The translations under genes were made by a program, and so were the position numbers. This document shows positions 20,470 to 30,194 of a stretch of 64,000 bases of DNA, one piece after another (positions within the stretch are counted from its first letter, which is position 1; each line of letters opens with the position of its first letter). The notes beneath the pieces were generated by a model that worked only from the letters and a program-made list of their open reading frames with translations, ran no database searches and had not been told where the DNA came from. The stretch is from a virus: the IMG/VR virus record IMGVR_UViG_3300009181_007093, one strand, 5' to 3'.

Positions 20470-20895
20470 TTAGAGTACTAAACCAAGATTCAAGGTTCTA
20501 TATGCTCTATTAAGTTTATCTGAGTAAGTTACCCATTACCTTAATATCCGATGAATGATGATTCACCATTCACTCAGACAAACATCAGAACCAATACACC
20601 ACTGTTCATTATGCTTATTCAACCTCTTAATCCAGGACGCTCTATTCCCTCATGAAGAATAGACACCAATCATTTTACGTTCCGAGTATAACTTCAGTTG
20701 ATTTGGAAATACGAATGCCTCTTGTGTTAGCATTATTTAAGGTTCTATCTGTGCCACAGACTTTCCAAAGTTCTTTTCTCTTAAAGCAAAGAAAGGGAGC
20801 ATAGCCAATCGTTGCTTTAACGGGTGAGAGAGCACCCAACTCAGTTGTAATAATAGTATATGAGTCGTTGCTCACCTTTTAGGTGAACACTTCCA
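20470..20895 (-). ncRNA. candidate large structured non-coding RNA (unknown family)
   Basis: At least 9 stems, some nested, whose mismatches read as G-U wobbles on the minus strand; no convincing CDS; ends approximate. Confidence 0.55.
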
Positions 20896-20918
20896 ATATA
20901 GTCTATCAGCGTAATTAA

Positions 20919-21078
20919 TTCAAGTTGGAATAAAATAAATAGATTCAAGTTTAACCCATTCATGAATTATTCTTCTAAAACAAATGAATTCAAGTTAAAA
21001 ATAAATGGATTCAAATTAAAAATAAATAGATTCAAATTAAAAATAAATAGATTCAAGTTTAAAAATTTAAAGTTCAAA
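20919..21078. repeat. 21-bp AT-rich tandem repeat array (iteron/origin-like)
   Basis: ttcaaRttaaaaataaatRga x3 plus one degenerate copy from 20989, and a further copy near 20930-20952. Confidence 0.85.
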
Positions 21079-21288
21079 TGCAATACCGTCTTCTATTTGC
21101 TGTTTAATTTGTTTTAAAACCATAAAAGGATCATTGTTAGCTTGTTTTTTCCATTTTTTATGGTACATTGCATCTGTCACATATGTGTGCCTTTTACCAT
21201 CTACATAAACGACAATTCTACCATCATTTGCAAATAATGCTATTGATATTTTGGTTTCTTCAAAAAGTATCCATTCAAAGAAGTTCAT
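21067..21288 (-). CDS. small protein with capsid-targeting-like N-terminus
   Basis: MNFFEWILFEE; TATATA upstream. Confidence 0.65.
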   Translation of the reverse strand: MNFFEWILFEETKISIALFANDGRIVVYVDGKRHTYVTDAMYHKKWKKQANNDPFMVLKQIKQQIEDGIAFEL

Positions 21289-21331
21289 GATAAAATATAT
21301 AGTAAGTAATTAGTTAATTAATAGGTGCAAT

Positions 21332-22027
21332 TTGAGTCAAAAAAAATCCGTTATTGAAAAATATGAATTAAAATCTGATGAAATCGCTGCTTTTAATCTT
21401 GCCAAAATATGGATTGAACTTTGCAACTCCTATTTCCCCGATTACCAACATACTCGACTAAAATCAGGTGATCCTAGAAAATCTTTGATTTTTAAGATAT
21501 GCTATAAGCTACAAAGAGAAACGGAAGAAATATTGGAAGAAAAAGATTATAATCTTTATGTGAGAGCACAATTAGAAGTTCTTAAATTTCAATCAATTAA
21601 AAATAAATTGGTTTTAATCGATCCTATGTGCTTGGTAGGAGAAAAAGCATGGAAACGATGGAAATTATGGCAAAGTAGGTATAAACAAAAACTTAAAGCA
21701 CCATCGGTGAATAACTCTTTGAAATATAATCAACTTGGAGTTATAAAAGCAATCAACGGCATTTCTAAAACAAAACTGTTTATTGAAAAAAGTATTGGAA
21801 AAACCCCCACACTAAAAGAATATGAAGATTTAAAAAGTAGCTTGCTACTGTGGGTTAATTTTGGTAATATTAGTCCGTATTACGTAACTTTATCTCCGTA
21901 TATGAAGAAGTTATTTGATGCTAAAGATTTTAAAAATTTTGATATCAAGGTTTATAGTGAATGTATAACTTTTGAAGTAGAAAAACTATTTAAAAAATTA
22001 TTCTACTATGAGAATGACACAAAATGA
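21332..22027 (+). CDS. hypothetical protein
   Basis: 231-aa ORF, TTG start with AGGTG RBS, in operon with uvsW. Confidence 0.7.
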   Translation: MSQKKSVIEKYELKSDEIAAFNLAKIWIELCNSYFPDYQHTRLKSGDPRKSLIFKICYKLQRETEEILEEKDYNLYVRAQLEVLKFQSIKNKLVLIDPMCLVGEKAWKRWKLWQSRYKQKLKAPSVNNSLKYNQLGVIKAINGISKTKLFIEKSIGKTPTLKEYEDLKSSLLLWVNFGNISPYYVTLSPYMKKLFDAKDFKNFDIKVYSECITFEVEKLFKKLFYYENDTK

Positions 22028-22218
22028 GAAAGTTCATGTTTGAGGACTTGGTTAAATTTGGTCAATATCACAACTATAAAGTTACTAAAAATGAAAAAAA
22101 TATCTACTGGCGTCTCAATAACACTAAATATGATGTTTGTGGAGTTTGTGGGACAGTGGAAGAAGCCTTTAAAGAAATATCCTCCGATATAAATACAAAA
22201 AAAAATAAAAATGAATAA
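22024..22218 (+). CDS. hypothetical protein
   Basis: 64-aa ORF overlapping both neighbours. Confidence 0.55.
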   Translation: MRKFMFEDLVKFGQYHNYKVTKNEKNIYWRLNNTKYDVCGVCGTVEEAFKEISSDINTKKNKNE

Positions 22219-23626
22219 ATATTTACTAAAAATTGCTAATGATTATTCCTATCTCATATCTGACGATGATATTATTAAAAATGATATGTGGACTCGTCTT
22301 AGGTTTAGAGAAAAAAATTATTTCCACAACCGTGCCTATAAAATGAAAAAATGGGATGGATACATCAACTTTTTTTCTATTGAAAATGGAAAGTTTTTAA
22401 CAGGTCTGCTACCAGAGGTAAGTGCTGTTTTAAGACATAATAAGATTGAATATGAAGTTGAAGATACAAGAGAACAAACAAAATTTAAAGAAAAAAATAT
22501 AGATGAGAACTTTTTTAAAAATGATAATTGTGAAATTATCTTAAGAGATTATCAAGTTGAACTTATAAATCAAGTTATTAAGCACAAAAGGGGTATAATT
22601 TTCGCACCTACCTCTGCCGGTAAATCTGCTGTTATGATGGGAATAATTAAAACGTTACCAAAGGGTACTCCAACGCTTGTTTTACAAAATAGATTGTCTT
22701 TGGCACAGCAAAACTATGATGAAATGATAAAAATGGGTTTTGAGAATGTTGGTAATGCGTGGGGCGGATCAATTAAACCAAACATAATAACGGTAGCAAC
22801 CGTGCAGTCAGTAAGTAAAATTGAAAAATTACTTCCAAAAATTAAAGTTTTAATTGTTGATGAAATCCACGATATGATGAGCAGGCTTCCAAAAGCAGTA
22901 TATAGAAGATTAAAAGCATGTGATGTACGTGTTGCCGTAAGTGCTACTCCATTTAAATTTGGCGGTAAAGATGATGTACAAAAGTTTAATGTGCGGGGGT
23001 ACTTCGGACCAGTACTCAAAGTGAAAAGTGCGGCAACAGGGGTATTAACCACTGCTGAGCTTCAAGGAAGAGGTATTCTTTCTGACTCTAATTGCATTTT
23101 CTATCCGATCAGAGAACCAATGATTCCTCACGATATCTATATTGATGCCGTAACGAGAGGCATTGCTGAAAGTTATCACTTCCATAAAATTGTTACCCGA
23201 TTGGCGAAAAAGCAGACGGGCAGAACTTTGATCTTGGTGGATCGAATAGCTCATGGTGATGCACTTCATGAGCTATTGCCAGATAGTTTATGGGTTCAAG
23301 GAAAAGATGATTCTAAAACTAGAAAAAATGTTGTGAAACAACTTCAAAAAAATGAACATTGTTTAGCAATAGCAACACAACAAATTTTCAATACGGGAAT
23401 CAATTGTCACATTCACAATCTTATCAACTGTGCAGGTGGTGTTGCTGAACATATGATTATACAAAGAATGGGTAGAGGACTACGAACTGCTGACGACAAA
23501 GAAGGACTAGACTATTATGATTTCTTATTTGAAATAAACGATTACCTTAAAAGTCACAGTGAAAGTCGCATCAAGATATTAAAGAAAGAAGGTCATGAAG
23601 TCACAATAAAAGAAATTGATTTCTGA
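22211..23626 (+). CDS. uvsW: UvsW-like SF2 DNA helicase
   Basis: WDGYINFF, LRDYQ, APTSAGKS, DEIH, SAT, IQRMGRGLR. Confidence 0.9.
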   Translation: MNKYLLKIANDYSYLISDDDIIKNDMWTRLRFREKNYFHNRAYKMKKWDGYINFFSIENGKFLTGLLPEVSAVLRHNKIEYEVEDTREQTKFKEKNIDENFFKNDNCEIILRDYQVELINQVIKHKRGIIFAPTSAGKSAVMMGIIKTLPKGTPTLVLQNRLSLAQQNYDEMIKMGFENVGNAWGGSIKPNIITVATVQSVSKIEKLLPKIKVLIVDEIHDMMSRLPKAVYRRLKACDVRVAVSATPFKFGGKDDVQKFNVRGYFGPVLKVKSAATGVLTTAELQGRGILSDSNCIFYPIREPMIPHDIYIDAVTRGIAESYHFHKIVTRLAKKQTGRTLILVDRIAHGDALHELLPDSLWVQGKDDSKTRKNVVKQLQKNEHCLAIATQQIFNTGINCHIHNLINCAGGVAEHMIIQRMGRGLRTADDKEGLDYYDFLFEINDYLKSHSESRIKILKKEGHEVTIKEIDF

Positions 23627-23637
23627 TTACCTAAGCA

Positions 23638-23643
23638 TAAATA
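23638..23643 (+). promoter_or_regulatory. T4-like late promoter (TAAATA-N4-ATG, leaderless)
   Basis: Motif recurs with identical spacing before several genes. Confidence 0.55.
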
Positions 23644-23647
23644 AGAT

Positions 23648-24328
23648 ATGGAAAATCAAAAAATTCACAATTTAAAGAAAGTCTGTGTACAATGTGGAAA
23701 AGAATTCCATGTTCGAGGGCCAAGTGAGCTTGAAATAAGGATAAATTGCTCTAAAAAATGTCAAATAGAGGCTACTCGCAAAAATAAAACAAAATTAAAA
23801 TGTTTAATTTGCGACAAAGAAATCTACGTTTTGCCATGCTTGATAGAAAAAACAAAATATTGCTCTCGAAAATGTAAAGGAATAGATAAACGCAAAATAA
23901 AAGAAGAAGGAATAAGACAGTGTAACAAATGCAAAGAAATACTTTCACTGTCTAATTTTGGAAGCAAAGAATACATTTGCAGAGTTTGTAGATCTTTGAT
24001 GGCAAAAATGAGATGTAGAACAGAAAAAGGAAGATTCGCCTGTGCTGGTAACATAGCAAATAGGCGCAATATGGAATGGACAATTACAAAAGATCAATAC
24101 AAATTGTTGATGTCGCAAAAATGTAATTATTGCAATTGTGATCTAAACCCTACAGGAACAGGATTAGATAGAATGAACAACAAAAAAGGATACACAATAG
24201 ATAATGTTGTTCCTTGTTGCTCTGCTTGTAATGTAACTAGATCGGATAATTATTCGTATGAAGAAATGCTACTTTTGGCTGAAACAATTAAGAAAATTAA
24301 ATTTAGTAGGATAACTAATGGATATTAA
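23648..24328 (+). CDS. HNH endonuclease with Zn-finger repeats (free-standing homing endonuclease-like)
   Basis: Repeated CxxC..CSxxC; CNYC..GLDRMNNKKGYTIDNVVPCCSACN. Confidence 0.85.
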   Translation: MENQKIHNLKKVCVQCGKEFHVRGPSELEIRINCSKKCQIEATRKNKTKLKCLICDKEIYVLPCLIEKTKYCSRKCKGIDKRKIKEEGIRQCNKCKEILSLSNFGSKEYICRVCRSLMAKMRCRTEKGRFACAGNIANRRNMEWTITKDQYKLLMSQKCNYCNCDLNPTGTGLDRMNNKKGYTIDNVVPCCSACNVTRSDNYSYEEMLLLAETIKKIKFSRITNGY

Positions 24329-24472
24329 TGATCAGCCAGATTTTTTTAAGAAACAAATCAATATGATTAATAAAAATACTTAAGCAACAAGGGCATACAA
24401 TAGAAATAAAAGATTATTTGGGATTTTAATATATATAAAATATAAATAAAACATTATTTGGTAGGTTTAATA

Positions 24473-25095
24473 ATGAACATTAATATCGAACCATTTTATT
24501 GTAACATAAAAAAATAACATCTTTTTGCATATGAAAGTAATTTTGAAGAATATGAATTAGTAATCGTATTTGTAGTAAGAAGTGTTGCAAATAGAGCGTT
24601 ATTATTTCATTGTATGACAGAATCTGGAATGCAAAGAGCAAATGTTCCTATTTCTGCATTGGTTCATAAACTTGATGCTCCAAAAATAGATTTAGATTAT
24701 CTTCAACTTTGGAACTGTTTCGGAAATGAAATTACTGTTTGCAAATTTGATTATCTTGTAAATTGGAGATGTCAAATCGCCATGAAAGATAAGTCTAAAC
24801 ATTGGGCAACTTATTTGATTGGGAAAATAACAATTTTAGCTTAACTCCCAATGATTACAAGAATGCACATTTATTAAAATTAGATAATGGGTGTTTTGCA
24901 TTACAGCCAAATAATAGAATATTTTGGAAAGATTCAAATTTTATAACAAAGCCACTCGATCAGAAATCTATTCCAAAATATAAAGTTGATAAAGAAATTT
25001 TTGTATGTGAAAAAAGTGATCGATGGACAAGCGAAGATACAGATTGTTTTTATTATGAAATTATAAAAGTAGATGATAATTTTACAACTACTTAA
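24473..25095 (+). pseudogene. disrupted conserved phage protein (LQPNNRI.W family)
   Basis: ATG 24473 in frame with ORF 24614 but TAA at 24515; frameshift near 24810-24820 joins ORF 24614..24844 to 24802..25095. Confidence 0.7.
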
Positions 25096-25477
25096 GCCAC
25101 AATAAAAAATTTGATTTTGTTTTATATCCTTTGTCTCTTTTTAATATATTTTCTTTACTGTCCATAATCATGTAGTCTGGTATGGATTTTACTGAAAATT
25201 TTTCAACAAGACCAGTCTCAATATCTTTATCCAGCTTTAAAACAATGAATTTGTCAAGTCTCTCAGATACATCTTTTTCATAAAACAAGTTGTTCATTTT
25301 CGTGCAATATACACACCATTCTGCACCAAAATATAAAAATATTTTTTTCCCACTAGACTTAGACAATATTACTGCATCATCAAAATTACGCACTTCTTCT
25401 GCAAAACAATCCATCGAAAAAATCATAAAACAATACAATACAATACAAAAAAATGTTTTCATTATACATACCTCCAT
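25088..25477 (-). CDS. thioredoxin-family protein with signal peptide
   Basis: FGAEWCVYC, cis-Pro SIP, hydrophobic N-terminus ending CFA-EE. Confidence 0.85.
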   Translation of the reverse strand: MEVCIMKTFFCIVLYCFMIFSMDCFAEEVRNFDDAVILSKSSGKKIFLYFGAEWCVYCTKMNNLFYEKDVSERLDKFIVLKLDKDIETGLVEKFSVKSIPDYMIMDSKENILKRDKGYKTKSNFLLWLK

Positions 25478-25531
25478 GTTTAACTGACATAATATATATG
25501 CAATACGATAATAATTTAATCAAAGCAACGT

Positions 25532-25537
25532 TATATA
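25532..25537 (+). promoter_or_regulatory. late promoter (TATATA-N4-ATG)
   Basis: Recurrent motif and spacing. Confidence 0.5.
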
Positions 25538-25541
25538 GACT

Positions 25542-26339
25542 ATGAGCAAAAGCATGAGATTTTCAAAATGGTTATTGGAATACGCCGATTATGGATTCGG
25601 AAAAGAATCCATGAAAAATTCAAATGATCTATATGATGGTAAAGACAAACCTTGGTCTTTATTTAAAACAGAAGAATTTTTTAATGAACTAAGAAGTTTA
25701 ATCCTGTCGGAAGATAAACAAATAACAAAAGACTGGCAGACTTATATTGATTGGATACAAAATAATAATAATATGTCTGTTGTTATAAACCCATTTGGAA
25801 GTTTACGAATAACAACAAGAAAAACAATAAAAGACCTTAATGGAGATTCTGTGCAAGTTTGTAAGCATGTTTTCGATATTGATGATCATCATGTAGATCA
25901 AGAAAAAAATATAGCAAACCACATATATGATCTTGCCGTAGAATCTAGCAAAGACGATTCAGATTATGCATCTGGTAAATACAATGGTACTAAAAAACTA
26001 GCAAGAGAATTATTTAATGCAACGCAGAGCAAACATCCAAAATATATCATGTTTCCTGTAAAGTTTTTAGAAATGAATTCAGATTACTACAAAATTGTTT
26101 TTGAGTTTAAAGGTTCTGGTGCTGGAACTCCAAATCAATCTACTGCCTTACAATTTGATATTGATATAATTTTTGATAAAGAAAAAGGACTTATACGTTG
26201 CTGGGGATATAATATTGATAGTCCTTCTAATAAAAAACAATTCAACATACAGCCAAGCGAATGGGATGAATATTTTTCTCCACAAGAGTCAAACTCTAAG
26301 ATAATCTCAGTAATAACGACTACTTTTATGACATACTAG
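25542..26339 (+). CDS. hypothetical protein with capsid-targeting-like N-terminus
   Basis: MRFSKWLLE near N-terminus; 265 aa. Confidence 0.75.
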   Translation: MSKSMRFSKWLLEYADYGFGKESMKNSNDLYDGKDKPWSLFKTEEFFNELRSLILSEDKQITKDWQTYIDWIQNNNNMSVVINPFGSLRITTRKTIKDLNGDSVQVCKHVFDIDDHHVDQEKNIANHIYDLAVESSKDDSDYASGKYNGTKKLARELFNATQSKHPKYIMFPVKFLEMNSDYYKIVFEFKGSGAGTPNQSTALQFDIDIIFDKEKGLIRCWGYNIDSPSNKKQFNIQPSEWDEYFSPQESNSKIISVITTTFMTY

Positions 26340-26346
26340 GAGTTAT

Positions 26347-26718
26347 TTGACACGTTATAATTTAAATATACTTTTTTTTTATGAAGATAGCTTTCAAAAA
26401 GAACAGGCTGATAAATATAAAAGAGAATTAATTAATTTTAAGGTTGAAATTTGTTCTTTTATACATTTTAGAGAATTTGATTATTTTGATTATGATGTTA
26501 TCTGTTATTTAAATGAAGAAAAAACACTCGGTACATATAAACACAAAAAAATTCTTATAGAAACAAAACCAATTGAGCAAGACATTGAAAGTTTGTATTT
26601 AAATTATGATGTTATAATTTTGAAAAATAAAACGCAAGCTATGAACGTAGAGAAAAACAATAGATTGTTTTTCATCGATCAATTAGGTTTGAATGAAATA
26701 TTTCATGAACTATTTTAG
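26347..26718 (+). CDS. hypothetical protein
   Basis: TTG start with GGGAG RBS. Confidence 0.55.
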   Translation: MTRYNLNILFFYEDSFQKEQADKYKRELINFKVEICSFIHFREFDYFDYDVICYLNEEKTLGTYKHKKILIETKPIEQDIESLYLNYDVIILKNKTQAMNVEKNNRLFFIDQLGLNEIFHELF

Positions 26719-27057
26719 ATAAAACATATTGCCACCGTTGCTTTTTGGCAATGATTCAATATACTTTTCAACTTTTTTTGTGCTTCCAATTATAGATGCA
26801 ATTTTTATTGTTGTATTTTTATTTACGAATTGTTTCCATACTTTTCTATTCTTTATTTTAAAAGAATTTTCTTCTTTTATTATTGTTTCAAAGCCACACA
26901 TAAAACACCATACCCAATACATATTATTATCAAGCTTACTAACGACTTCGTTATAATATTTGTTCCATGAAAAATTTCTTTTTTTAAACATTAAACTATA
27001 TCGCTGTGACATTAAATCTATTTGATGCTCATAAAAATCTTTATCTAAATTGTTCAT
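26710..27057 (-). CDS. hypothetical protein
   Basis: 115-aa ORF in minus-strand operon. Confidence 0.6.
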   Translation of the reverse strand: MNNLDKDFYEHQIDLMSQRYSLMFKKRNFSWNKYYNEVVSKLDNNMYWVWCFMCGFETIIKEENSFKIKNRKVWKQFVNKNTTIKIASIIGSTKKVEKYIESLPKSNGGNMFYLK

Positions 27058-27069
27058 GAATTTATGGTA

Positions 27070-27825
27070 CTATTCCGTAGTTATATAGCTTATGTTATCA
27101 CTAAGAAATAATCCTTTTTCAAAGTGTATATTAAATAAATCTTTTTGCACAATACAAAAAGATTTATTTATTCTAATAGCTTGTGCCAATGAATGTGCTC
27201 CTGACAACAAACAAAAGAATACATCACATGAAAATATATAATCACAATATTCAAAAATAGAATCTACATAAATTGTTTTTTGATCATTAATTGAATTTTT
27301 TTCTTCTGAGTATGATAATTTTTTACTTTTTATGAAATTGATAGTATGCTCAGGGAATTTATTTTTTATAATTTCTAGTAGAGCTTCTTTTTTATTTGAA
27401 TATTCGTGGTTTGTGGATGCATTACAATCAAAGATCAACCTTTTTTCAACTTTATATATTTTATTTGGCTTGTAGTGAATTTCTGGTTTTGAAAATGGTA
27501 CTCGATCAAACCCATGGGCAGCTTCAATATTTGATATGCTATTTGATGTTTTTTGCCAAATCCTAATAGCTTTTTTTTGAACGGCAGAACATTCCATACC
27601 GATATTGGGGGTCATATCAGAGAACCCTGAAACATATGGATTACGTTCCCAAACTAGTTCTTTTATTTCTTCATTACTAAAATTACACTTTGTGCTTATA
27701 AAAACCTTTTTGTTAATTGAGCTAAAAAGCCTAGGAAGTGTACTATGCTGTAAGTGGTCTCCCAGACCCCCGAACGGATGATAAAGACACACTGTGTCTG
27801 CTACTGGTTTAATAAACTTAAGCAT
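27070..27825 (-). CDS. glycosyltransferase-like protein (GT-B/GT9-like)
   Basis: GGLGDHL, NPYV, C..FFCLLSGAHSLA motifs. Confidence 0.55.
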   Translation of the reverse strand: MLKFIKPVADTVCLYHPFGGLGDHLQHSTLPRLFSSINKKVFISTKCNFSNEEIKELVWERNPYVSGFSDMTPNIGMECSAVQKKAIRIWQKTSNSISNIEAAHGFDRVPFSKPEIHYKPNKIYKVEKRLIFDCNASTNHEYSNKKEALLEIIKNKFPEHTINFIKSKKLSYSEEKNSINDQKTIYVDSIFEYCDYIFSCDVFFCLLSGAHSLAQAIRINKSFCIVQKDLFNIHFEKGLFLSDNISYITTE

Positions 27826-28178
27826 GGGAAACGACTTATATTTGTGATTAACATTGTTTTCTTATCAGACATTAAATCAAATATTGAAACGTAGAACTTT
27901 TCTTTTTTCTTATTATATAGTATTTTTATGTTGCAATAGTCTTTGCTTTTGTATTCTACGAACATGTATTTTTCATTGTTCTGTTTCCACTTCTTAAGTG
28001 GGTTAACAATTATGTTGTAATGGCACATGTTTCTAATAGAAAACTCTATCATAGGCTTTTTTTCTATAATAATTTTTTCATATCCATTTGCTATTTTCAA
28101 ATATCCTTTTGTGTAAAAAAGAAAACTATTATTTCCTATTTTTGGGATTAGGATTCGATCTGTGTATTTTCTTTTCAT
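27801..28178 (-). CDS. hypothetical protein
   Basis: 125-aa ORF; TATATA-N5-ATG. Confidence 0.6.
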   Translation of the reverse strand: MKRKYTDRILIPKIGNNSFLFYTKGYLKIANGYEKIIIEKKPMIEFSIRNMCHYNIIVNPLKKWKQNNEKYMFVEYKSKDYCNIKILYNKKKEKFYVSIFDLMSDKKTMLITNISRFPCLSLLNQ

Positions 28179-28227
28179 AATGATATATAATGTTATTACT
28201 TTTCATGAAAAAAATCAAGGCTAGAAT

Positions 28228-28929
28228 ATGTACTCAAAAAGAGCTTGCCAAAACACAAACAATATTAGCAAAGCTTCTTTTCTTGCAATGCTTCCAAGCG
28301 TGCCAGACGCAAGATACATTACTGTCGTAGAAACTGGGGATGTTGTAAGAATAGATCGTTTAAACTCTAGCCCGATACAGAAATTAGTTTTAAATTCATC
28401 TGGTTCTGGATACTCTAGTGCACCAACAATAGAGTTCAGACCTAAAATTGGCGGATTGAATAGTTTTAGATTCGATGAAGAATGGCAAAAGCTTCCTAGG
28501 CGTGATGCTAACGGAAACATCATTGCTGGTGAACTAGCAGGACTTGGTCCACTATATTATCTACATCCAGATTTTTCTCATTCTCAAAGGGACGCAGAAG
28601 CAGAGGCAATTGTTGTAAATGGTGCGGTGACGGAAATTAATATAGTAAATGCCGGATATGGGTACACAAAAGCTCCTAACATTTTTTTTATAGGTGGTGG
28701 TGGTAATGGAGCGAGTGCCACAGCTTATTTGAAAGATTTTTATAAAAATATAAAGAATGGAGTTTATAAGAACAAATATAAACCAATAGAAACAGCATAC
28801 CCAAGAAAAATTTTAGTAGATAATCCAAATTGGACAATTAATAGTTTTAATCCAAGAACTAGAGAAATTTGTATATCAATTGGATCTAAAGTTTTAAGTT
28901 ATACTGTGCCTAGTCAAAAGAGCCTTTAA
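28228..28929 (+). CDS. probable virion structural protein
   Basis: Two GSGY..AP.I / GYGY..AP.I..GGGG.GA.A.A repeats typical of T4-like baseplate/tail proteins. Confidence 0.6.
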   Translation: MYSKRACQNTNNISKASFLAMLPSVPDARYITVVETGDVVRIDRLNSSPIQKLVLNSSGSGYSSAPTIEFRPKIGGLNSFRFDEEWQKLPRRDANGNIIAGELAGLGPLYYLHPDFSHSQRDAEAEAIVVNGAVTEINIVNAGYGYTKAPNIFFIGGGGNGASATAYLKDFYKNIKNGVYKNKYKPIETAYPRKILVDNPNWTINSFNPRTREICISIGSKVLSYTVPSQKSL

Positions 28930-30193
28930 TATAGCCAATAAACTCATCTGCGTTATCTTTACTAAAAATTAAATTTGGTCGTAGTCTTATAGATTTTTCT
29001 CCACATGGTAGTATAGATGCGTTTTTACTTAAACGTTTTAATACAGTATCTCTTTTTTCAGAAGATACAAGATCAAAAGCTATCATAAGACCGATACCTC
29101 TAATGTTTTCTATATTTGATACCTTTTTTAATTCTGATAGAAAATATGCCCCAACATTTTTTGCATTATCAACAAGATTATCTTCTTGTATTACGTCTAT
29201 AATTTTATTAAATCTACACATATCCATAATGTTGCCGCCCCAAGTTGAACTAATCCTGCTGGATTCATGGAACACATTATCTTTTACCTCATCAATCCTA
29301 GTAGTAGAAGCAAAGCCACAAACTTGTGTTTTTTTTCCAAACGCAATCATATCGGGTATTATTCCGAAATGCTCATAAGCCCACATTTTTCCAGTAAGTC
29401 CAACACCGGACTGTACTTCGTCTAATATCAATAGTGTTTCGTATTGATCGGCTAGTTTACGCAAGGATTTAAAAAATTCTGGTCTAAAGTGATTCTCACC
29501 TCCTTCACCTTGGATGGTCTCCAGAATTATAGCTGCTACATTTTTCGATTGAAGAGCTTTTTCTGCTTGTAGCAAACTCAACTCTTCATCTATTATAGCT
29601 TTGCTTTCTACTATAGGAAAGTTCAACTTTGGGTTGCTTATTCTAGTCCAATTAAACTTTGGGAATAACGCAACTTTATTTTGTATTGTATTTGTAAGAG
29701 ATAAGCAATACCCACTTCTTCCGTGAAATGCTTGCTTAAGATGTATGATATCAAATTTATTGATTATTGAATCGCAAGCTTTATTGGTTAACCCTAGTTT
29801 TTTAGCTTTCCAGTCAAACGCTGCTTTTATTGCATTTTCTACTCCTAAAGTTCCTCCTTCTATAAAAAAAAGATATTTAAAGTCTGGTGTAATTTTAGAA
29901 AACTTTTGTACGAATTCTGCATAAACAGATGTGTAAAAATCACAATTTGCAATTTTGTGTAGTGCACAAAATTCAAAGCTTTTCATGTCATTTTTGAAAT
30001 GCTCTTTTAATTTTGGGTTATTCCAACCCAATGCCATGCTCGCATACTGACCAGAACAATCAAGATATTTATTGTGGTTAAGAGCATCAACTAAATGAAC
30101 TCCTTCACTACGTTCAAAATCTATGACTATTTTCTCCCCATCACCAATTGTGTGGTTACATATTATTTCGTGAACGTTTTCTGGATTTATCAT
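28910..30193 (-). CDS. lat: L-lysine 6-transaminase (class III PLP aminotransferase)
   Basis: FFIEGGTLGVENAIKAAFDWK, AFHGRSGY, ETIQGEGG.NHFRPEF, DEVQSGVG, FGKKTQVCG, SRISSTWGGN; start placed at MINPENVH. Confidence 0.9.
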   Translation of the reverse strand: MINPENVHEIICNHTIGDGEKIVIDFERSEGVHLVDALNHNKYLDCSGQYASMALGWNNPKLKEHFKNDMKSFEFCALHKIANCDFYTSVYAEFVQKFSKITPDFKYLFFIEGGTLGVENAIKAAFDWKAKKLGLTNKACDSIINKFDIIHLKQAFHGRSGYCLSLTNTIQNKVALFPKFNWTRISNPKLNFPIVESKAIIDEELSLLQAEKALQSKNVAAIILETIQGEGGENHFRPEFFKSLRKLADQYETLLILDEVQSGVGLTGKMWAYEHFGIIPDMIAFGKKTQVCGFASTTRIDEVKDNVFHESSRISSTWGGNIMDMCRFNKIIDVIQEDNLVDNAKNVGAYFLSELKKVSNIENIRGIGLMIAFDLVSSEKRDTVLKRLSKNASILPCGEKSIRLRPNLIFSKDNADEFIGYIKGSFD

Positions 30194-30194
30194 A

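Noticed and set aside
20675-20875. 66-aa minus-strand ORF
   Set aside because: GTG start lies within a hairpin, no recognisable motif, and it overlaps the dense RNA stems; better explained as non-coding
20919-21078. CRISPR array
   Set aside because: Repeats are contiguous with no unique spacers, and no cas genes are present
24515-24517. Stop-codon reassignment (alternative genetic code)
   Set aside because: Single in-frame TAA accompanied by a frameshift; conserved genes are intact under code 11 and end in TAA, TAG or TGA
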